From IMG/VR virus record IMGVR_UViG_3300025684_000012: a stretch of 64,000 nucleotides of DNA. One strand, given 5' to 3'. Below are positions 9,324 to 19,254 of the stretch, in pieces (within the stretch, counting starts at the first letter, position 1; each line of letters begins with the position of its first letter). The notes beneath the pieces are model-generated. The model worked only from the letters and a program-made list of their open reading frames with translations. It was not told where the DNA came from and did not search any database. The position numbers and the translations under genes were made by a program. This DNA comes from a virus.

Positions 9324-10649
9324 CTAAATTGTAATCACTATTTTAATGTCTTCTTGCTGTTCAGCATCACGTCTAATACGGTATCTATTCTCAATATAAA
9401 GTACATCTCCAGAGGTTCGATCGATACCATTTTTAACCTGCTGATCGCTGATCACTCCAGTGACAACTATACCTTCTTGCGAAACACTTTCGCCAGTATT
9501 GAAGCTAACAAATCCGGTTGATTCATTTTGATGATAGTGAACCATGTTATCCTGGGATTCATTTACATATGCCACAGCACCCGTTTGCATTCCTGTAATC
9601 TTTTTACCGGGCACAAAGGGTGAGGTATCAGCTAGCTGTAATGAAGGCAACACTTTAGAAGCGGTACCCGCGAATGGTATACCTGATGGAGTAAGAGGAT
9701 TTTTTATCAATCCCATCTGACGGAATGTATTTTCTACAATAAAGGATCCACCCTCTTCGCCATTAGGTTTAATATTGAACATTATAGAGCTGGTCTTCAT
9801 ATCATTGATAGGATCAAAGCCAAGTCCATTAATGTCCGTAATCACAGCACGTAATTTACCATCAACCCCATCGCCAGTAATCACGAGAGTTGCGTGCGTA
9901 TAGCTGTGACCATAACTAGTCATTTCAACTTTAGTGATTGTGCCGTTATTAATGTAAGCTGTAGCTGTCGCTCCAGTCCCATCACCAAGAACCTCTATAG
10001 AAGGGGCATTAGTGAAGCCGGATCCAGCATCAACAATCTCTGCGCGAATAATTTGTCCTGCGACCGCCGCTTCCTTAACCTGGAACTGTAAGTCTTCGAT
10101 TGAGTCGCCGCCAGCCAGTGACTCTTCTGGAAGATCTACAGGGATCCAATTTGAAGATAGATGTTGATAGATATTTTCAGGTGTTAGCGAGAATAGGAAC
10201 TTCCACACATAACCATCACCTGTTTTAAAGTGTTGGGTATGATCGACACCAAGAGCACCGTAGTTAGGCTCTATTGTTGAAACGTTGATCTCGCCAGTTT
10301 CAGTCATGCCTGTTTCTAGACAGAGGTATACTTCCTTAGCGTCGTTTAAAACGTAAGATGGGTATGGGCTATTTCCTGAATCACTCCAACCTGAGTAGAC
10401 CATTCCCGACGACCAGTTATACCGTGCGGCCGCAAAAGATGCTCCCTCAACCTTCTTGATAGATTGTAGGTTATTGCGAAACTCTTTTTCCTCCAATATA
10501 CTATCTACAGGGTTGATCACCGTATCTGTATCGTTAAAGACGTCAGACTTACCAATACCAATATAGTATTCGTTAGTTGAAGCGATAACATCATTGAGCA
10601 GGTCTCTTGCGAGATTCCTGCTCATGGTTTGTCGAATTATAGCTGGCAT
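9324..10649 (-). CDS. 8: baseplate wedge subunit gp8
   Basis: RYNWSSG, VYLCL, DGYVWKFLF, SGDVLYIENR..I.R...Q.EDIKIVI. Confidence 0.85.
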   Translation of the reverse strand: MPAIIRQTMSRNLARDLLNDVIASTNEYYIGIGKSDVFNDTDTVINPVDSILEEKEFRNNLQSIKKVEGASFAAARYNWSSGMVYSGWSDSGNSPYPSYVLNDAKEVYLCLETGMTETGEINVSTIEPNYGALGVDHTQHFKTGDGYVWKFLFSLTPENIYQHLSSNWIPVDLPEESLAGGDSIEDLQFQVKEAAVAGQIIRAEIVDAGSGFTNAPSIEVLGDGTGATATAYINNGTITKVEMTSYGHSYTHATLVITGDGVDGKLRAVITDINGLGFDPINDMKTSSIMFNIKPNGEEGGSFIVENTFRQMGLIKNPLTPSGIPFAGTASKVLPSLQLADTSPFVPGKKITGMQTGAVAYVNESQDNMVHYHQNESTGFVSFNTGESVSQEGIVVTGVISDQQVKNGIDRTSGDVLYIENRYRIRRDAEQQEDIKIVITI

Positions 10650-10678
10650 TGTAATATCCTGTTGAAAATCATATGAAC

Positions 10679-10686
10679 TATTTATA
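10679..10686 (-). promoter_or_regulatory. T4-type late promoter TATAAATA
   Basis: Exact consensus ~30 nt upstream of gp8. Confidence 0.75.
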
Positions 10687-10695
10687 TGATTTTAA

Positions 10696-13600
10696 TTAGA
10701 TATCTCCAAGTTTTACTCGGACGTTTCCTGACGCGTCAAAAATGGTGATAGTCGTGTTGTTAATCTCCATGCGTTGACCGCTAGTAGATGACTTAACGTC
10801 AATCTGACCGGTCACTGTGGCATTGGATAGTTTAACTACACCTCCTGCTACAGTGAATGGGGAAACATCCGAAGTCCCGTTGAAGATTTGGAATTTATCA
10901 GCAACAACCTTAAATGCTGAACCGCCTGTACCATTATATAGCTCTACACCAGCAACGCGACCGTTGTTATCCAAATCCACAAAGTATCGCTGTTCGACTT
11001 CCGTTGCAGTTCCTTCAACAGCCGTCACCCTATTGGTCAATCCTGTCACAGCTGTGGCAGACGCCTTACCGTCAACGGCTGAGGATAAAGTTGTAATAGA
11101 GCTCTGAACAGTATCAATTTCACCTTCAGCAGTACTCACTCTGTTGGTGAGTGCATTCAAAGCAGTCGTTGAAGCCTTTCCGCTTACTGTACTCGTCAGC
11201 GAAGTTACGCTAGTTTGTAATGTGTCTAGCAACCCTGCTTCTGAGTTAACTTGGTTCTGTAGACTATCCAAAGCAGTCGTTGATGCTTTGGTTCCTACAT
11301 TAGTTGTCAACGAGGTAATATCACTTTGAACTGCGGTGATATCACCTTCAACTTCCGTTACTCTGTTGGTTAATGTGTTAACTGACGCCGTTGACGCTTT
11401 GGTTCCTATGGTGGTCGTTAAAGAGGTAATGTCACTCTGAACTGCGGTGATATCGCCCTCGACTTCTGTTACTCTATTGGTTAGCGTGTTGACTGATGCT
11501 GTTGATGCTTTGGTTCCTACCGTAGTGGTCAAGGATGTAATATCTGATTGAGCGGTATCGATTTCACCTTCAGCAGTACTTACTCGAGTAGTCAACGCAT
11601 TTAACGCGGTGGTCGAAGCCTTTCCGTCAACGGTGCTAGTTAGGTTTGTAATACTCTCTTGTGTAGCATCCAACCGATCACTGTCAGCATCAACACGATC
11701 TGATAGCGTAGTAACCGATGCTGTCGATGCTTTACCATCGACTGTTGTACCTAAAGCAGTTACGTTTGTATTGATAGTAGAGATGCTACCTTCAGTAGAA
11801 GTAACCCGGGTTGTTAAGTTATTGAGAGCGGTTGTAGACGCCTTACCATTGACCGTAGTGGTCAAGGAGGTCAGGTTATCTTGTACCGTATCAATCTCAC
11901 CTTCGGTAGCAGTAACACGCGTCGTTAAACCGTTCAGAGCACTCGTAGAAGCCTTGCCATCAACGGTTGTGCTAAGTGTGGTGACGTCCGATTGAACTGC
12001 TGTGATGTCCGTTTCTGTAGCTGTCACGCGCGTCGTCAATGCGTTCACGGCCGTAGTACTTGCTTTACTGTTATTCAGTCCAGTAACGCTTGTTTCGAGC
12101 GAAGTGATGTCCGATTGAGCTGCTGAGATATCCGTCTCAGTTGCATCCACTCGTGTCTCTAATGCTGACACAGCAGTTGTTGTAGCCTTGCTGCCATCGA
12201 GACCCGTAACACTAGTCTGTAATGTTGTTATATCAGACTGGGCCGCTGAGATATCAGCTTCATTAGCGGTTACACGTGTACTTAATCCAGAGATTGCTGT
12301 TGCTTGTGTTGAAAGTGTTCCCTGGGCATTGGATACGTCAGTTTCAAGTGTAGTGATATCCGACTGAGCTGTTGTAATAGATCCTTCAGCTGCCGTCACT
12401 CGAGTTGTTAAGTTATTGACCGATGTTGTTGACGCTTTACCTGAGTTGAGAGTATTGACGCTTGATTGCAGCGAAGTGACATCCGACTGAACCGATACCA
12501 ACCCATCGCTATCCAAATCCACACGAGATGTTAATGATGCAAGGGCTGTTTGAGTTGTTGTCAGAGATCCATCAATACTAGCTAGCTCAGTCTCTAGCTC
12601 GGTTACATCGGATGATATTGAGGTGATGCTACCTTCGGTAGAAGTAACGCGCGAGGTTAAATCGGACAATGATGAAGCGTTCGCCGTAATAGCAGTCCAA
12701 TTCGAATCTATACCCGACAAGTCAACCGCATTAATAGCCGCTTCCAATTGAGTGAGTTTGGACGCTTGGGTAGTAACGGTACCTTCGGTAGAAGTAACGC
12801 GTGTATCTAAACTTGTTAACGCGTCAGCGTTAGCCGCTATACCCGAAAGATCTAATCCAGCAAGATCTGCTGAGATTTGAGTTACATCTGACGCAACAGC
12901 ACTGATGTCAGTTCCTTGTTGAGTAACTGTGGTCTGTAAAGTGCTAATAGCGTCCGCATTGGCCGTAATACCGCTGAGGTCAATATTGCCCAAGTCTGCA
13001 GACAATTGAGTGACTTCACTGGCAACACTTGTCAGACGATCAGAGTCTTGGTTAACCTTAGTGGTTAGTGAAGAAATAGCATTAGCGTTTGATGTTATAC
13101 CCGATAAGTCGATATTATCCAGCTCGGCTGATAGTGTAGTAACTTCTTGCGAAAGGGATGTGATACCGCTATCATTAGATGTTACACTAGTCTCTAGGGT
13201 AGTGATGGCGTCAGCTAAAGCAACTAATGAAGCTCCTGTACTACTGTCGAGTTGTTGCAATCCAGATGTAAGTGTAACCACGTCTGACGACAGTGCCACA
13301 AGAGAATCACTATCTTGGTCTACTCTTGACGTTAATTCAGCTAGAGTTGTAGCATTCGCCTGAATACCTGAAACGTCTAATGCATCAAACTCAGCTTCCA
13401 GTTGAGTAACTGATTGCGATATGGTGCTAATTGAGTTTATATTGCTTTGTACAGTAGTCGACAGTCCTTGGATAGCGGTAGCGTTTGCTGCTATACCGCT
13501 GAGATCGATTGACCCCAAATCAGCCTCAAGTCGCGTGACGTCTGATGCAACGGCTACTAAATCACTATCGGTTGCAGTGATTCGATTGCTCAATATATTC

Positions 13601-16068
13601 TGAGCGCTGGTATTGGCATTAACGTTTGCTTGGGTGTCAATAAGCGATGCAGAGAGAGCTGTCACATCTTGAGATAGTATTACCAATGAATCGCTATCTT
13701 GATCTACACGAGTTTCTAAAGTGGATAATGCCCCACCAACAGCTTGCAATATAGCATCAGAATCAATACCGTCGCTTAACGCCGCTTCTAGAGAAGTAAC
13801 TCTTGTAGCTACAGTAGATAACGATTCGCTATCCTGATCTACGCGAGTTGTTAGAGAATCTATGGCCGAAGCGTTTGCTGCAATGCCGGATAGATCCAAA
13901 GATCCTAGATCGGCAGACAGCTGGGTAACCTCTGACGAGACTACACTGAGGGTATCACTATCAGCATCTACCCGAGCAACGAGTGATGAAATAGCGTCAG
14001 CATTTGCTGTAATGCCCGACAGGTCGATCCCTTGAAGATCGGCAGATAGCTGGGTAACCTCTGAGGCTATAATAGACACGTCGCTATCTGTAGCCGTGAT
14101 CTGAGTTTGTAAATTATTTATTGCTGCAGCAGTAGCATTGACCGCTTCACCAGCAACGTCGATATTGTTTAATTGGGTCTGAAGTGACGTTATGTCAGCA
14201 GCATTAGATACGATACTAGATTCTGTTGAGGTCACTCGCGTTGTTAAAGAGTTAACAGCCGTTACGCTTGCTGCGCGACCATCCAGGTCATTTAAATCAA
14301 TAGCTAGCTGGGTAACATCTTGCGATAATGCTGTTAATCCATCGCTAGTTTGGACTACAGACGCCTCCAATAGATTGATAGCATTAGCATTCAATGCAAT
14401 TCCGGATACGTCTATGTCGGCTAGACTGGCTTCTAGAGAAGTGATATCCGATGCTAGCGATATAACACTAGAATCGTTTGCGTCAATACGGGCAGACAGC
14501 GATTGTTCCGCAGTTGCGATTAAGTCTGTTACATATCCTGAATCCAATCCCGCATTTGCTAGTGCTGCTTCAAGCGTGGTGATATCCTGAGCTAGTATAG
14601 CAATCGCGCTATCACCCTGCTCTATCAGTGTGCGTAGTTCGTCACGAGCAGTAGCAGTACCGGATATCAAAAAGTCTGAATCAATAGCATTGACTACAGT
14701 CTCAAGTTGTGTTAAGCGAGAAGCTTCTGACGTGAGACGATCGCTGTCTAGGTTGACGCGTGCTTGCAGTGACTGCAAAGCATCAGCTGTGGATGTTAGC
14801 GTGCTGTCTGCATTAGCTAATCCTACCGTCAGCTCACTCAGGTCAATTGCCAATACTTCAACGTTACTATCGGTAGCAGTTATCTGTGTTTGTAGGTTAT
14901 TGATTGCTGATGATGTAGCGGCGATAGCTTGGCCAGAAATATCTAATGAAGATAAGTCCGTTTGAAGCTCAGTTACTTGTTGCGATAACGCTTGCAGGGC
15001 TGCGCTATCGTCATCGATACGCGTCGTAAGCTCTTGTGTAGCGGTAGCTACAGCTGAGGTAATATCTCCAGCTAAACTAACTTCAAGATCCGTGATTTCT
15101 TGCGCTAGTACTTGTACGGCACTATCAGTAAGTGTTATTTGACTAGTTAATGTGTTCTCCACATTGGAAGTCGCACTAACGATATCATTGCTAACCTGCG
15201 TCTGTAGCAGAGTAACTTGTTCAGCTAATGCTTGCAACGAATCGCTATCTAGATCAACACGAGCCTCCAGACCAGCGTATAATTGTGAGCTGGCTTGTAG
15301 TACATCACTGTCTATGTTAAGCGATTGAAGATCAGCTGATAGCTGCGTCACTTGAGAGGCTAGACTAGCCAACGAGTCACTGTCGAGATTAATGCGCGAA
15401 GTTAATGCAGTAATTGCTGTATTACTAGCTGATAGGATATAATCCGAATCTATTAGATCTAATGCTGCGCCAAGAGCCACTATATCTTGCGATAAAGTGT
15501 TTACAGCGGAGTCTGATGCAACAACCTGAGATGATAGAATACTGAAATTGTTAGTAAGCGCTTGGAGTAAATCGCTGTCGGCTGATAAACGAGCGTTGAG
15601 CTCAATAACCGCAAGAGCCACTGCCGCTTGAACGTCCGAGTCACTGACGCTCGTTTCAGCATTCTCTAAAGTCGTAACGGCAGCTGCTATGGCGTCCAGT
15701 TCTTGTTGGTTCAATTGTAGAGTAGACGCTAACTGAGCTACTTGAAGAGCAGTGACCGCGATATCGCTATCAGTGCTGCTAGCAGCTCCCTGTAGTTGCA
15801 CTAGAATAGAGTCGTGTTGGGTTATTCGATCACCCAATTGAACAACGCTGGGATCCCCAGCTATATTGACTGTCCCCGGAGTGGCCAGTTGATTATTAAC
15901 TGTGCTGAGTATTAGAGAAGATAGCGCTTCAGGGGTCAGACCATCGCCCAGCGAGACTAAACTATATAATTCAGCAAAATTATCGTTGATTTTAACAGTA
16001 GCCTGACGTAGAGTATCACCACTTCCGTCGTTAGCTCCTTGCCCGGCATTTAGAATGAGTCTAGCCAT
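10696..16068 (-). CDS. long tail fibre: gp9/gp10-like N-terminus, repetitive coiled-coil stalk, gpJ/DUF1983-like C-terminus
   Basis: ANDGSGDTLRQATVKINDNFAELY; DS-rich and 37-aa repeats; DNNGRVAGV...ADKF...RVKLGDI. Confidence 0.8.
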   Translation of the reverse strand: MARLILNAGQGANDGSGDTLRQATVKINDNFAELYSLVSLGDGLTPEALSSLILSTVNNQLATPGTVNIAGDPSVVQLGDRITQHDSILVQLQGAASSTDSDIAVTALQVAQLASTLQLNQQELDAIAAAVTTLENAETSVSDSDVQAAVALAVIELNARLSADSDLLQALTNNFSILSSQVVASDSAVNTLSQDIVALGAALDLIDSDYILSASNTAITALTSRINLDSDSLASLASQVTQLSADLQSLNIDSDVLQASSQLYAGLEARVDLDSDSLQALAEQVTLLQTQVSNDIVSATSNVENTLTSQITLTDSAVQVLAQEITDLEVSLAGDITSAVATATQELTTRIDDDSAALQALSQQVTELQTDLSSLDISGQAIAATSSAINNLQTQITATDSNVEVLAIDLSELTVGLANADSTLTSTADALQSLQARVNLDSDRLTSEASRLTQLETVVNAIDSDFLISGTATARDELRTLIEQGDSAIAILAQDITTLEAALANAGLDSGYVTDLIATAEQSLSARIDANDSSVISLASDITSLEASLADIDVSGIALNANAINLLEASVVQTSDGLTALSQDVTQLAIDLNDLDGRAASVTAVNSLTTRVTSTESSIVSNAADITSLQTQLNNIDVAGEAVNATAAAINNLQTQITATDSDVSIIASEVTQLSADLQGIDLSGITANADAISSLVARVDADSDTLSVVSSEVTQLSADLGSLDLSGIAANASAIDSLTTRVDQDSESLSTVATRVTSLEAALSDGIDSDAILQAVGGALSTLETRVDQDSDSLVILSQDVTALSASLIDTQANVNANTSAQNILSNRITATDSDLVAVASDVTRLEADLGSIDLSGIAANATAIQGLSTTVQSNINSISTISQSVTQLEAEFDALDVSGIQANATTLAELTSRVDQDSDSLVALSSDVVTLTSGLQQLDSSTGASLVALADAITTLETSVTSNDSGITSLSQEVTTLSAELDNIDLSGITSNANAISSLTTKVNQDSDRLTSVASEVTQLSADLGNIDLSGITANADAISTLQTTVTQQGTDISAVASDVTQISADLAGLDLSGIAANADALTSLDTRVTSTEGTVTTQASKLTQLEAAINAVDLSGIDSNWTAITANASSLSDLTSRVTSTEGSITSISSDVTELETELASIDGSLTTTQTALASLTSRVDLDSDGLVSVQSDVTSLQSSVNTLNSGKASTTSVNNLTTRVTAAEGSITTAQSDITTLETDVSNAQGTLSTQATAISGLSTRVTANEADISAAQSDITTLQTSVTGLDGSKATTTAVSALETRVDATETDISAAQSDITSLETSVTGLNNSKASTTAVNALTTRVTATETDITAVQSDVTTLSTTVDGKASTSALNGLTTRVTATEGEIDTVQDNLTSLTTTVNGKASTTALNNLTTRVTSTEGSISTINTNVTALGTTVDGKASTASVTTLSDRVDADSDRLDATQESITNLTSTVDGKASTTALNALTTRVSTAEGEIDTAQSDITSLTTTVGTKASTASVNTLTNRVTEVEGDITAVQSDITSLTTTIGTKASTASVNTLTNRVTEVEGDITAVQSDITSLTTNVGTKASTTALDSLQNQVNSEAGLLDTLQTSVTSLTSTVSGKASTTALNALTNRVSTAEGEIDTVQSSITTLSSAVDGKASATAVTGLTNRVTAVEGTATEVEQRYFVDLDNNGRVAGVELYNGTGGSAFKVVADKFQIFNGTSDVSPFTVAGGVVKLSNATVTGQIDVKSSTSGQRMEINNTTITIFDASGNVRVKLGDI
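11060..12080 (-). repeat. 111-bp (37-aa) intragenic tandem repeats (KAST..LT.RVT..EG.I...Q..IT.L.TTV.G)
   Basis: About 9 visible units; boundaries approximate. Confidence 0.8.
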
Positions 16069-16091
16069 TTTAATTCTCTTTCTCTTTATCT

Positions 16092-17012
16092 TTAGTTGTG
16101 AGTATCTTCGTCGAGGGTAGTTAAATCATGAGACGCGTTTAAAAACGCATCAAGTGTAGCTGGGGTAGTCAAGTCAACCAAATCCCCTAGTGTATTGAAC
16201 CCCTGATCCTGTAAGGACTGGAACGATTCTTGCTGATACGTTGACATCAAAGGTACTGAGCTAATAATAATATCAGCATCATTAACGTCTGTTTCTCTCA
16301 TAGTAAGTAAAGCATATTCTGGGTCAACGTCAATTTCAACCACGTTACCCATAACAATTGGATAATTTGGTATCTCCAATGGATCGACGGGAGCTCCGGG
16401 AACAATGGTTACATTTGCCGTTGATTGAGTTACCACCTCTGCCGACAAATACCATCCAGCTGGGTGTATGAACTTCTTATATAACGCCTCATAGTCAGAC
16501 AGAGACAATCCTGTTTTGATAAGAATAGAAAATATTTGATATTTCTTATCATCCTGAATAAAATCTAGATGCTGTGGGCCAATCAGACTGGGGCTGTTAA
16601 GTATGAAAATGTTTCTCTTTGGATATTCAATCCCCACATTTTCTTTGTAGAATGACTTAAAAAACTGTTCGGCAGATATCTGAGTTCCTTTCGCTCTATA
16701 TAAGGCAGATATCAATTTTGTCATTAACCGAGGGTTAGCTCCAAACTGAGTGTTATCTAACCCATCACCGATCTCGAATAATATATAATCCAAATACTCT
16801 AAAGAAGTGGATGATATATCACGAATATCAAACAATCCACGAATGGTATCATCGAATGATACTGATTCCTCACCGGTATACCGATAATAAGTCTCGAGGA
16901 ATGAAATTAGAGCTGGATACTCCTGAGCATAAAATTCCGGCAATATGTGAGAAACGATACTACGATGAAACTTAGTCGAAAGTCGTCTAGTATTATTTCT
17001 GAACACAGACAT
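16092..17012 (-). CDS. baseplate wedge subunit, short gp7-like
   Basis: LPEFYAQEYPALISFLETYY, LYRAKGT, IQDDKKYQIFSI, FIHPAG. Confidence 0.75.
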   Translation of the reverse strand: MSVFRNNTRRLSTKFHRSIVSHILPEFYAQEYPALISFLETYYRYTGEESVSFDDTIRGLFDIRDISSTSLEYLDYILFEIGDGLDNTQFGANPRLMTKLISALYRAKGTQISAEQFFKSFYKENVGIEYPKRNIFILNSPSLIGPQHLDFIQDDKKYQIFSILIKTGLSLSDYEALYKKFIHPAGWYLSAEVVTQSTANVTIVPGAPVDPLEIPNYPIVMGNVVEIDVDPEYALLTMRETDVNDADIIISSVPLMSTYQQESFQSLQDQGFNTLGDLVDLTTPATLDAFLNASHDLTTLDEDTHN

Positions 17013-18781
17013 TATATATCCTCTCTTCTACCAGTAACGCTAAGAGCGGCCGTGTCTAACGAAAGAATGAAATTCCTTGGTGGCGAAATGGTACTCGGGT
17101 TTGCTGGTACAGCGCTGACCTTTATTGTAGAGTTTTGATCTATAGTTAGAGCGTTAATATTCACCGTACCTGTTGCACTATTGTAATACCCTACGTTTAA
17201 CAGTATAGGGACATTCGACGTATTGAACAATTGCAATCTGTTGGAGCCAAGCTCGTTCTTAATTAAGACAGATTGACCATTACTTGTGAATACAGATGAT
17301 GTAATAACGTGAGTGTCCTTATCTGGAGACGCTAGCACTACTGGGTATGTTAGCGTATAGTCATGTGGTATGCCAGCGACTGTATTTGAAATACGCTGCT
17401 GCATCTTAACATCAACTCTAGAATTGAGGATAGCCTGAGAGAAGTCATCGATACGGGACAGTAATCTGGACCGTCTAAATGATGTGTTGAATGTCTCTAA
17501 ATTCTCGGAGAAATAATCTTGGACCAATTGGCTGACTTTTACTTCTAGCGATTGAGCTGTAGTGCTAGTCTTTGACGCGTCAATATTAAATTGTACGGTC
17601 AACTCAAGAAAGGCTATGTTAGGATCCACGAATTCTGTATCTATGGACATTATCGATATATTAGATGTTAATTGATCCTTAATAATCTGCTTGACTTCTT
17701 GCTGGGCCAGATTGCTCAAACCATCTTTGAATTTCAAAGAGGCAAAAACTGCTCCATATTTTGGTGGGTCGTTATCCTCACCGCCCCAAGCAACAACGTC
17801 TGATATATATTGAGAGAACGTCGATTTGATGAGAGTTTGATAGTCCTGTGCGGTAACCAATCTCTTTTGGGTAGTGTGAAGTGCTGGGGCATTTTTCTTG
17901 ATTGACGCGGTAGATTCCTTGCTGGATCCACCAGCCGCTTCTACTGCAGAGTTGACAATAATGGGATATTCAACGCCATTAACCAACAACAAGCTGCCCT
18001 CAAACTGTGAAGCTGTGTTAGCAGCAGCCCCTTTAGTCGATATATACTCGACCCTGATTTTATTTCCCGCTACAGGAGCTCTACCTAACACGTTACCGTC
18101 ACCGAAGAATAACTCATAGTGACCATTAGCAACTTCTCGCAGCATATATACCGTCGATTCCTCATTAACGGTTAGCGCGCGATCGATATTAACGTATGGT
18201 GTATAGTTTACAGTATTAAAATTGTCAAATACCTTAACCACTACAGTCGAGCTGTCTAGATTCTCATCTGGGATAACAAATACCTGATCGTCATCTTCAG
18301 CACCAACCACAAAGGTTCTTGCTTTCGGCTCGCCTTGCTTAACTTCAACGTCGAACGTATACGTACCCTCAACCTTCGGGGCTGATACATTATTAACGGT
18401 TCGAAATATATACGACACCTCATCAACGTCCGCTCGGAATTGGGTATATTCGGGCATTACAATTCTGCTCGGTCCACTTGGAGCTTCCACTGTGACGTTT
18501 AGGTATGCTGTCGCTGCCGTAGACGACTTCGGATAATACCCAAGCGCTTCAGCGTGTTGTAGTACAGAAGAACGCAGCTGTGCAGTTGACAGGAAAGACT
18601 CGTTGATTGCCATGTTGGCAGTCAATCCATTGATGTGTGTATTATATGCCAGCACATCTAGAATATTGGATAAGCCACTTGCCTCAAAATCATAGTCAGC
18701 AAACTCGTCGCTTTGTTTAAAGTAAGTCTTTAGTTTAGTTTTGATCTTCTCAAAATCTAAGTCGGATGTTGATATCGACAT
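17012..18781 (-). CDS. 6: baseplate wedge subunit gp6
   Basis: DLDFEKIK, DYDFEASGLSNILDVLAYNTH, RLVTAQDY, AWGGED.DPPKYG. Confidence 0.93.
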   Translation of the reverse strand: MSISTSDLDFEKIKTKLKTYFKQSDEFADYDFEASGLSNILDVLAYNTHINGLTANMAINESFLSTAQLRSSVLQHAEALGYYPKSSTAATAYLNVTVEAPSGPSRIVMPEYTQFRADVDEVSYIFRTVNNVSAPKVEGTYTFDVEVKQGEPKARTFVVGAEDDDQVFVIPDENLDSSTVVVKVFDNFNTVNYTPYVNIDRALTVNEESTVYMLREVANGHYELFFGDGNVLGRAPVAGNKIRVEYISTKGAAANTASQFEGSLLLVNGVEYPIIVNSAVEAAGGSSKESTASIKKNAPALHTTQKRLVTAQDYQTLIKSTFSQYISDVVAWGGEDNDPPKYGAVFASLKFKDGLSNLAQQEVKQIIKDQLTSNISIMSIDTEFVDPNIAFLELTVQFNIDASKTSTTAQSLEVKVSQLVQDYFSENLETFNTSFRRSRLLSRIDDFSQAILNSRVDVKMQQRISNTVAGIPHDYTLTYPVVLASPDKDTHVITSSVFTSNGQSVLIKNELGSNRLQLFNTSNVPILLNVGYYNSATGTVNINALTIDQNSTIKVSAVPANPSTISPPRNFILSLDTAALSVTGRREDI

Positions 18782-19222
18782 TTATCGTAGCCTCGCAACA
18801 GTTACTGTCACTGTAACATCTTGGAGCGTATTAACGACTCTAAACTCGACAGTAACATTAGCAGAATTATAATCTGGTGAAAATTTAGCACTTACTTTTG
18901 ACACTCTTGCCCTCGGCTCATAGTTATCGATTGCTTCTCGTATTACTTGCTCAACATCACTCTCATCGGTTTCGGTGTCCAGAGAGAATATCAGTCGCTG
19001 CAGCCGAGAACCAAAGTATGGCTGAAACGGCTTTTCTCCTCTATTGGTAAGCAACAGGTTACGCACAGACTGTTTAACAGCAGCTGCGTCAGTCTTTTTG
19101 TAAACGTCACCCGAAGGTCTTTTCTCGAATGAGCAATCGACGTCTTTGTAGGTTCTAGATCTACTAGCGACGATCGGCTTATTCAACAAGTTACCATCTT
19201 CGATAGAAAATGCTTTTGCCAT
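18782..19222 (-). CDS. 25: baseplate wedge subunit gp25
   Basis: AVKQSVRNLLLTNRGEKPFQPYFGS, YEPR. Confidence 0.93.
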   Translation of the reverse strand: MAKAFSIEDGNLLNKPIVASRSRTYKDVDCSFEKRPSGDVYKKTDAAAVKQSVRNLLLTNRGEKPFQPYFGSRLQRLIFSLDTETDESDVEQVIREAIDNYEPRARVSKVSAKFSPDYNSANVTVEFRVVNTLQDVTVTVTVARLR

Positions 19223-19246
19223 AATCGTGTTAAACTCTTTTTTCTT

Positions 19247-19254
19247 TATTTATA
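19247..19254 (-). promoter_or_regulatory. late promoter TATAAATA
   Basis: Exact consensus upstream of gp25. Confidence 0.75.

Noticed and set aside
2257-14965. Many plus-strand ORFs opposite the fibre genes (likewise 27357-28247 opposite the tape measure gene)
   Set aside because: Antisense shadows of repetitive, codon-biased genes; no SD or promoter support
10696-16068. CRISPR array or DGR template/variable repeats
   Set aside because: Repeats are in-frame protein repeats without spacers; no adenine-specific mismatch pattern seen and no reverse transcriptase in the window
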